This document shows, piece after piece, positions 25,560 through 32,000 of a DNA stretch of 32,000 nucleotides. Numbering within the stretch: the first letter of the stretch is position 1; each line of letters opens with the position of its first letter. The notes beneath the pieces were generated by a model that saw nothing but the letters and a program-made list of their open reading frames with translations, had not been told where the DNA came from and did not search any database. The DNA is from Melioribacteraceae bacterium (lineage in GTDB: Bacteria > Bacteroidota > Ignavibacteria > Ignavibacteriales > Melioribacteraceae): NCBI GenBank assembly GCA_963667875.2, contig CAXXGC010000009.1, positions 474,312-506,311 on the forward strand, written 5' to 3'. The translations under genes were made by a program, and so were the position numbers.

Positions 25560-27602
25560 ATGAGTTCTCTTTTAAGAAAAAAATACTTTTGGATAATCTT
25601 CATTGCAAATTTGGCAATTTGCATTGGAATAAACATATCCTACTTGTGTTATCCAGTCATTGGTGGACTTGTGAAAGACAGCTGGTCAATCACTCTTTTT
25701 GTAGGGCAGATAACAATTTTTATCGTATTTTTTACATTCGTTCAATTCTCCTTTTCAAGCGTTGAGATTCCAAAAGATATAATTAGAAGGTATATTATAG
25801 AAGCTGATAATACAACACTTTATATTGGATATAATTTGTCAGCTATTGTAATACTTGGGTATGGTTCAATTTGTTCATTTAACACGAAAGGGGATAATTA
25901 TTCCATAAATGGGCTTGTTAGTATACTTGTTGTTTTGGGATCTGTTGTTTCATCAACTGCTTATATGTTTTGGTTAGTACGACATACCTCCTTTCAAGAC
26001 ATTGGCAAAATGATTGTTGAATCTATTAATTTTGAAGGAATTGTAAATCTTCAAGATAAAATCCCTTTGTGGAGAAAAGAATTTAAGGATGAATATATAA
26101 ATATTGCAAGGTACTTTAATTATCCAGAGGTTCGTAATGTTGAGACAAAATATCATACAGATATTTACCCTTTTAGGCATGGATTAGTTGAAAAAATAAA
26201 CTTAAAAAAATTAGCAGAATCTGTTATAAAGAGTTTGCCTAATGACATTAAAATAATTAAAGTATATAGTTTTGTAATTCCAGGAAAAATTGTGGCGGAA
26301 TACGAGAATTTTTTTAGTATAAAATATAATTCAAAATCATCTCAAGACATAGGCTATGAAGAGATAGTCGGATATCAACTTAGTCAAGGAATTGAACAAT
26401 TTGTTAAATTTAATGAGGAGTACAAGAATTTTTATTCGTCAATTGTTTATCTATTATCAATAGTATACTCCCAAAAGAGAACAACTTTAGGTCTTGAAAC
26501 TAATGTTATAATTGACGTTTTACGAGATAAGCTGTTTTTATGGGGAAGCCAAAGCAATATAGTGGATGAACAGGAATTTAATCCAATGCAGGTGTTGTTA
26601 CAAGTATTTTTAACTTCAATTGATAACTATTTGTTTAAAAGTGAATTAAATGAAAATACAATTTCCGTAACCTTCCGATTGCTATATATGTTACGAGTAT
26701 TAGCTAGTGATAAAAAAATGGTTGCCGAGCATGCTGGAATAATGAGGATTCTCAATTATTTACATTATAAAATTATTATTAATTATCCGAGTTATCATAA
26801 AAAGCTAGAGATGAGTGTGTCGCATATTTATGAAGTTTCACTAAGATATACATTATACAAAAAGGAACTCTTGAAAGAATTATTTGTTTCAAATTTGGAT
26901 TATCTAAGTACATTATTGAATACAACAATTGATCATGCTGCAATTGCAGTTTGTAATTTAGTAAAATGTTATTATAAACTTGATCCACATGAATCATTAA
27001 AAATATTACATGAGAATATTCAAGAATTTTTAAATTATTCTTCCTTTATTGATGTAGTTAATGTTGAAGATGAAGACATTAAATTTTTTATCAACGAGAT
27101 AAATATAAAATTAAGTGATAAAATATTTTTTTTGGCAATAATAATTCTTAGAAATATTGAGGATTCTAAAATAGAACCTGATAGATTTATTAAATTAATC
27201 ATTCCAATTGTATCCTATAAAAAAGATTCAAGCTGTTTGCCAAATTATTATTACCAATTATTTACTTTAATAGAATTCCAGAAAGAACTTCTTGAAGATG
27301 TTGATGCACAATTAAAAGAAGAAATTGTTCTTGAGCAATTACATTGGGAAAATATGCCTGAAACAAAGTATTATAAATACGAAAAAATATTTGGACTAAT
27401 ACTCCTTTACTTAAAAATTAATGTCTTGGATGGTGAGTATACTGGATTGTTATCCTTGCTAAGAAAAGTAGATGTGGCATATTATAAAGGAGTTCTAGAA
27501 AAATATGACAGAAAATTACTGTCTGCAATGATGGGTATAAATACTGGTGAGATTAATAGATATTTGGAAATTGTTTTGAGTGATTTGAGTGAAAGAAAAT
27601 AA
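25560..27602 (+). CDS. hypothetical membrane protein, 680 aa (about 4 N-terminal TM helices plus a large helical domain)
   Basis: GAGG lies 4 nt upstream of the ATG, and only 35 nt separate it from the brxL stop on the same strand. Hydrophobic segments include FWIIFIANLAICIGI, ITLFVGQITIFIVFFTFV, YNLSAIVILGYGSI and LVSILVVLGSVVSSTAYMFWL. No enzymatic motif was recognised. Confidence 0.75.
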   Translation: MSSLLRKKYFWIIFIANLAICIGINISYLCYPVIGGLVKDSWSITLFVGQITIFIVFFTFVQFSFSSVEIPKDIIRRYIIEADNTTLYIGYNLSAIVILGYGSICSFNTKGDNYSINGLVSILVVLGSVVSSTAYMFWLVRHTSFQDIGKMIVESINFEGIVNLQDKIPLWRKEFKDEYINIARYFNYPEVRNVETKYHTDIYPFRHGLVEKINLKKLAESVIKSLPNDIKIIKVYSFVIPGKIVAEYENFFSIKYNSKSSQDIGYEEIVGYQLSQGIEQFVKFNEEYKNFYSSIVYLLSIVYSQKRTTLGLETNVIIDVLRDKLFLWGSQSNIVDEQEFNPMQVLLQVFLTSIDNYLFKSELNENTISVTFRLLYMLRVLASDKKMVAEHAGIMRILNYLHYKIIINYPSYHKKLEMSVSHIYEVSLRYTLYKKELLKELFVSNLDYLSTLLNTTIDHAAIAVCNLVKCYYKLDPHESLKILHENIQEFLNYSSFIDVVNVEDEDIKFFINEINIKLSDKIFFLAIIILRNIEDSKIEPDRFIKLIIPIVSYKKDSSCLPNYYYQLFTLIEFQKELLEDVDAQLKEEIVLEQLHWENMPETKYYKYEKIFGLILLYLKINVLDGEYTGLLSLLRKVDVAYYKGVLEKYDRKLLSAMMGINTGEINRYLEIVLSDLSERK

Positions 27603-27838
27603 ATTGCTCATTGAAAAATTATTACTGTAAGTTTTATGTTTTATCATATTCAATGTCTTATAATAAATGGTGGAATATAATTGTTAAAAACAAACAAAAG
27701 TGACACAATTTGTACTCACTACAAAACTAAATATTTAACTGTTATATATTACAAAAAATAATGGTTGTTCTTCTTGAACACATAACAAATACAATAACAT
27801 TAAAATAAATGTAATTACAATCTTTGGGAGAAAACAAA

Positions 27839-28822
27839 ATGAATGATGACCTCACATATTTTTTAAGCCTTAAAAAGTATACGCTTAACTATGATGAATC
27901 AAAGATAAAAAAGCTAAATAAAAATGAAAAGAAAAGAATTAATAATATTTTAGAAAAATTATGGGAAGAAAAAAATAAAGGGGAACTAAAAATATGTTAT
28001 AGAGGGGATAATTATAATAATCTTAAAAAAACAATTTATCCCCAAACCGGTTTATTACGTAAATTTGATTTCTATAGAAAGTTCTTTGTACTAAGTCCAA
28101 AATCTAAGATATGTATTTATCAAACGAGTCAAGTTGATTTAGATATTGCTGAAGTTAATGAAATAAATATTAGATGGCTTTTTTCTAAAATTGCAACTTT
28201 AACAAAATGTGCTGCACTATCAGGTATCTTTGATAAAAACTTTATTGACTATTTCAACCATGCCGGAAATGCGGACTTATTTGTAAATGCAATTTGTCGA
28301 CTAAACGAGCAGGAATCCATAAAAATTCGTGATTATTATTATTGGTTATTACATACTGAGGGTGGAAGTGCATATGAAAAAAGTTATTTTCTATCATCAT
28401 CTACTGAGTTGAAGGTTGCTAAAGGTTTTACAAATAAAACGAAAGCCCCATTAATTATTCTATTCTTTTTGCCCAACTTTTGTCAGGAAATGGAAACAAG
28501 TATTAATAGCATAAAGGATCTAAATGGTTTAATAAACGATTTGCATTTGCCTATGTATAGTGATAGTTTCTATCCTGAAGAATATGAAGTCTCGGTAAAA
28601 GGCAGTATCTTTTCAAAGTATATTATTGGTGTTGTAGAGAAAGATAGATTAATTGTAAACCCAAACATCTTCGATAAAAAGAATGCTGATTTTGAAAATA
28701 ATATAATTTGGGGACTTAATATAGATTATTCAAGATTTGATGAAGAAGCGGAAATGTCGGGATTTAATTCTATAATTCTCAAAACAGGTACAACTTATGA
28801 AAGACAAGATATAGTAAAATAA
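27839..28822 (+). CDS. ADP-ribosyltransferase-like protein (R-S-E type motifs)
   Basis: I prefer ATG 27839 with GGGAG (27826-27830) 8 nt upstream; the track uses TTG 27824. YFLSSSTELKVAKGF (SSST = 28394-28405) fits the STS motif context. EEYEVSVKGSIF (EEYE = 28577-28588) fits ExE followed by v..kGs.f. The arginine is ambiguous (YRG at aa 54-56 is 131 aa upstream; R164 is only 22 aa upstream). Confidence 0.5.
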   Translation: MNDDLTYFLSLKKYTLNYDESKIKKLNKNEKKRINNILEKLWEEKNKGELKICYRGDNYNNLKKTIYPQTGLLRKFDFYRKFFVLSPKSKICIYQTSQVDLDIAEVNEINIRWLFSKIATLTKCAALSGIFDKNFIDYFNHAGNADLFVNAICRLNEQESIKIRDYYYWLLHTEGGSAYEKSYFLSSSTELKVAKGFTNKTKAPLIILFFLPNFCQEMETSINSIKDLNGLINDLHLPMYSDSFYPEEYEVSVKGSIFSKYIIGVVEKDRLIVNPNIFDKKNADFENNIIWGLNIDYSRFDEEAEMSGFNSIILKTGTTYERQDIVK

Positions 28823-28903
28823 TTCTAACATAATTTATTTAGTATATGTTGGTAATATAAATAATTCAAAATTAAATTTAAATCTTAGCAGTTATGGAAT
28901 AAT

Positions 28904-29698
28904 ATGATGAAAGAAAAAGAACCAAGTCTCAGACATTTATATATAACGGAATTCAATTCGAAGTTTTGTATAGATAAAGATAAAGATAAAGATAAAGATA
29001 AAGATAAAGATAAAGATAAAGATAAAGATAAAGATAAAGATAAAGATTTATTAAATAAGGCATATGAAAAAGCATGGGATAGTAAAAAATTCGAAATTGA
29101 AAACTACTGGAAAAGAGCGACATATTTTTGGGCTTTCCAAGCTGCTACGTTTGCCGGATATTTTGCGATTAAGGAATATACAGTTAAAAGCAAAGACCCA
29201 ATATCATTGTATTCAATTATAGGGGTAGGAGTGATTACGGCCCTAGCTTGGCTCTTTAGCAATAAAGGAAGTAAAACATGGCAAAATCATTGGGAAAATA
29301 TGGTTGATTTGTTAGAGGATAAAATTACCGGCCCGTTATATAAAATTTCAACAATGGAAAAAACCTTTTCAGTATCAAAAATCAATGAAATTGTAAGTCT
29401 CTTTTTTGTTTTTATATGGGTGATATTAGGCGTTAAATATTGGGTTGATAATGATTTATTTAATAAATTCAAATTTGAATCAATAGATTGGTATGTGACC
29501 CTTATTACTGTTGCTGTGTTTTTGTGTCTTTGGTCTATGTTATGTGGCTATGGAAGAGGTAAGTTTGAAAAGCGAAAAGTTAAACTTTATATTCGAGAAG
29601 AAGAATACATAGATCCCACATCTGAAGAAAAGGGAAATAACACTGGTTGTTGGGGGATAATATATAATAAATTAAAATCATATTTTCCCTTAAGCTAA
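28904..29698 (+). CDS. membrane protein with N-terminal (Asp-Lys)12 low-complexity tract and about 4 TM helices
   Basis: ATG start. (DK)12 tract at aa 24-47. An amphipathic helix FEIENYWKRATYFWAFQAATFAGYFAI leads into TM1. Further TM segments are LYSIIGVGVITALAWLF, IVSLFFVFIWVILGV and YVTLITVAVFLCLWSMLCG. Confidence 0.75.
   Translation: MMKEKEPSLRHLYITEFNSKFCIDKDKDKDKDKDKDKDKDKDKDKDKDLLNKAYEKAWDSKKFEIENYWKRATYFWAFQAATFAGYFAIKEYTVKSKDPISLYSIIGVGVITALAWLFSNKGSKTWQNHWENMVDLLEDKITGPLYKISTMEKTFSVSKINEIVSLFFVFIWVILGVKYWVDNDLFNKFKFESIDWYVTLITVAVFLCLWSMLCGYGRGKFEKRKVKLYIREEEYIDPTSEEKGNNTGCWGIIYNKLKSYFPLS
28973..29047 (+). repeat. perfect hexanucleotide microsatellite (GATAAA)12 plus GAT, in frame inside the CDS
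   Basis: Counted directly: 12 uninterrupted GATAAA units span 28973-29044, followed by GAT. They encode (DK)12-D. Confidence 0.95.
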
Positions 29699-30460
29699 GT
29701 GAAATTAGATTATATGATTATTTTGAAGCGAGTATTCTTGAGCAAATGAAAGATCTAAAAAGAGAATACTCTTCGAAGCTAAACAAAGTAATTTGTTAAT
29801 ACCAATATATATTGCGATAATATTATGTTAAAAGGTGCTACAAATTTGGAATCAATTAAAAACTTACAAGAATATTCTGAGATAGAAAACAGATTTTTAG
29901 ATTGCAATTGTTCCATACTCTGGAATTTTGAAATTGAAAAAAGCGAGTAATTTATCTGCAATAACGCCGTATTTTACATTCGCAAAAAATTGTTTTATAT
30001 TTTATTCTATCCCCATTTTCACATACATACCGTTCCTTGATATCCTTAATATTAAAAAAATATGAGTAAATAAAAAATAATTTTGAAAATCAAAAAAAAA
30101 CATGTAATTTATTTTAGGTGATATTATGGCTCTTTGAAAGGTAAATATTTCACTTGTGGGTTAATAAGTGAGAGTTTGAAGTATAAGGAGTTCCTTGTTC
30201 CCTGGTAATAAATTAAATAAATATTCTTGTAATTTGCCGGTTAACGTACACATCTTGTTCCATTAAATCCCAAATATTAAAATCCTCATTCGGCTTTTAT
30301 TCACATCTAAAATTATTATTGTTTATTAGTGGTTTAAATGAATGTGTGATAAAACGAAATGCTCCAAGCGGTTATTTATGGTTGCTTGTGAAGTAATTTT
30401 AAAAATATTGTTATACATAAAAATAATGTTTATTAATTAAATATTAATGTTGGAGATTAT

Positions 30461-31075
30461 ATGGAGTTCGAATTAATTGCGAAAATAATTGTTACGTTTT
30501 TTAATTTTTTGATTGCTTTATTTGAGTATTTTACTGCAACATCGCGTGTTGTTAAAATTTTTAAAAAAATTGATTATCAATCAAAATCTAAGGCTCTTTT
30601 TACTATCACCTTGAAATATTTAACGGCGATTTTATTGACAGTATCTTTTGTTATATCCTATAGATCTTCAAGTGATTTAATTGACCGGGATAAAGATAAA
30701 GTTAATATTAAATCATTAATTGATTACGAAGCAAAAGCTGTTAATACAAAAGATACATTACTTATTAAAAAAATATTTCAAACCAACGCAACGATAACTG
30801 ATAGAACTTTAGGAGTTTCAGTTTCAAATCCGGTAAAGTATTATGCCAATAAATATAACACTTTAAATTTTGAAGATGCTTCTCATTTTAATATAAATGT
30901 CGAAGAATTAACTGAAAATTTTGCACGGGTAACTTGCGGCAGCAGCGGTAAATACAAAAATATTAAAACAAATGCGTATGGTGAATATAAGAACGATACG
31001 CCTAACGCTGATTTATATGAACTTAAAAAACAAGATGATGGAAGTTGGAAAATAATATATTTTTCGTTTAAGTGA
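30461..31075 (+). CDS. small membrane-anchored protein, possibly with an NTF2/SnoaL-like C-terminal domain
   Basis: GGAG lies 5-6 nt upstream of the ATG. Two N-terminal hydrophobic helices are present (IIVTFFNFLIALFEYF, LTAILLTVSFVISY). The C-terminal part (IDYEAKAVNTKDTLLIKKIFQTNATITD...YELKKQDDGSWKIIYFSF) resembles the DUF4440/SnoaL pattern. This was judged by eye only. Confidence 0.55.
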   Translation: MEFELIAKIIVTFFNFLIALFEYFTATSRVVKIFKKIDYQSKSKALFTITLKYLTAILLTVSFVISYRSSSDLIDRDKDKVNIKSLIDYEAKAVNTKDTLLIKKIFQTNATITDRTLGVSVSNPVKYYANKYNTLNFEDASHFNINVEELTENFARVTCGSSGKYKNIKTNAYGEYKNDTPNADLYELKKQDDGSWKIIYFSFK

Positions 31076-31100
31076 TTTAGGTAAAAAGGAGGGTCATCTT

Positions 31101-32000
31101 ATGACAATTATTTTGATTAATAAATATGTACAAAAATTATTTAGACTTTTTTGTGTTCTGCTAATATTGGTATTAACAGAATACAGCTATGCAAATACAG
31201 ATAGTTTAGAAACAATAAAAAAGTTTTCCTTAAACGATATTAAAACAAATAAAAACTCTCAGGTACTAACTTATTCCACCGAGTCGCCATCGTTTACACA
31301 AACGGACATAGCGGAATTAATAATAGGAACACGTAAGGAGCGAAATAATTCTTTTACCTGCGGTAGTGGAGAACTGACATTTAAATTTAATGCCTCTAAT
31401 AAGTATAATCAAAATTATTATACAATTAGTATTAAATCAACGATAAATAATTTAGGGTTATCTAAAAGATATATTAAAAAAGCTAATGTTTATATTAAGT
31501 TAAATGACAAAATTATTTGGTCAAAACGTGGATATCAATACAGCTCGGAAGAAAAAAATGCAGAAAACGAGTTTATTACTTTCAGGATTAATTCATCGGA
31601 AAATCAATATTTATCTTTCTGTACCGATTCGCTTATAGAATGGAAAATTTTGGAATATGAAATAGAAGAAAATAAATTACCAAACACCATAAAAGGAATT
31701 GGATATAGTCCGTTTAGGGATTGCCAATATCCAATGGGTAAGCCAGAACCGACAATAGAAGATATTGAAAACGATTTATTTTTCCTTTATAATACATGTA
31801 ACGCAATACGAACTTATAGTTCAAGAAATATCAATAGTGTTATTCCAAACATTGCAAAAAAAATGAAACTACCCATCTATATGGGTGCATATATTGATAA
31901 TAACCCGTCTGCTGATGAAATAGAAATGCGCAATTTGCTGGAAGTTGCCGATACTATTTGTCCAAATGGAGTTATTATAGGTAACGAATTTTGTATGACC
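31101..32000 (+). CDS. secreted protein, N-terminal 300 aa only (runs off the right edge); C-terminal part resembles a GH17-like glucanase
   Basis: Absent from the ORF track because it has no stop. My translation from ATG 31101 is open to 32000 (300 codons), with AAGGAGG at 31086-31092. A signal-peptide-like segment LFRLFCVLLILVLTEYSYA is present. IKGIGYSPFRDCQYPMGKPEPTIEDIENDLFFLYNTCNAIRTYSS resembles the G.cYsPyrdgq.P....p....i..Dl..l......iRtY pattern of bacterial GH17-like proteins. Confidence 0.7.
   Translation, partial: MTIILINKYVQKLFRLFCVLLILVLTEYSYANTDSLETIKKFSLNDIKTNKNSQVLTYSTESPSFTQTDIAELIIGTRKERNNSFTCGSGELTFKFNASNKYNQNYYTISIKSTINNLGLSKRYIKKANVYIKLNDKIIWSKRGYQYSSEEKNAENEFITFRINSSENQYLSFCTDSLIEWKILEYEIEENKLPNTIKGIGYSPFRDCQYPMGKPEPTIEDIENDLFFLYNTCNAIRTYSSRNINSVIPNIAKKMKLPIYMGAYIDNNPSADEIEMRNLLEVADTICPNGVIIGNEFCMT

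Noticed and set aside
27824-27838. TTG start for the ART-like gene as given in the track.
   Set aside because: It would make the GGGAG motif coding. ATG 27839 is 8 nt downstream of that motif and is the more plausible start.
29730-29771. Hairpin GAGTATTCT / AGAATACTC just after the membrane-protein stop as a terminator.
   Set aside because: It has a 24-nt loop and no trailing T-run, so confidence is too low for a feature call.
29779-29961. 60-aa - strand track ORF, an overlapping 41-aa + strand ORF (29826..29951), and other mini-ORFs in the 760-bp spacer 29699-30460.
   Set aside because: None has a convincing SD or a recognisable domain, and the two overlap each other on opposite strands. 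They may be gene remnants, but I cannot support a call.

Overview
AT-rich bacterial segment with tightly packed genes, most led by Shine-Dalgarno motifs. I saw no rRNA, tRNA, CRISPR array, transposase or integrase. The window reads as a composite anti-phage defence island. The centre is a complete type 1 BREX operon on the + strand (12229-25524): brxA, brxB, brxC, pglX, an extra 323-aa gene, pglZ, brxL. The extra gene is translationally coupled on both sides, and a 680-aa membrane protein follows brxL. Upstream lie a DUF2188-like small protein plus a dGTPase-family HD hydrolase (- strand), a 191-aa GIY-YIG-like protein (- strand) and a 394-aa PD-(D/E)xK-like protein (+ strand). The item I judge most likely to be undescribed is a four-gene, overlapping-codon operon on the - strand (8037 down to 5103). 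It encodes a small protein with an MG N-terminus, a PfkB-kinase/nucleoside-2-deoxyribosyltransferase-like fusion, a divergent QueC-like PP-loop enzyme and a minimal HhH-GPD glycosylase-like protein. No TGT, CD-NTase, QatA/QatD or queD/queE partner is present in the window. Downstream of BREX is an ADP-ribosyltransferase-like gene next to a membrane protein that carries an in-frame (GATAAA)12 microsatellite. The left 4.6 kb holds a truncated coiled-coil gene, a 563-aa unknown, a degenerate ROK/ASKHA-like protein, an 800-bp non-coding stretch with repeats, and a Gly/Ala-rich mini membrane protein. The right edge holds a small membrane/NTF2-like protein and a truncated secreted GH17-like protein. 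All functional calls rest on motifs read by eye from the translations. No searches or statistics were run, so family assignments are hypotheses of graded strength.
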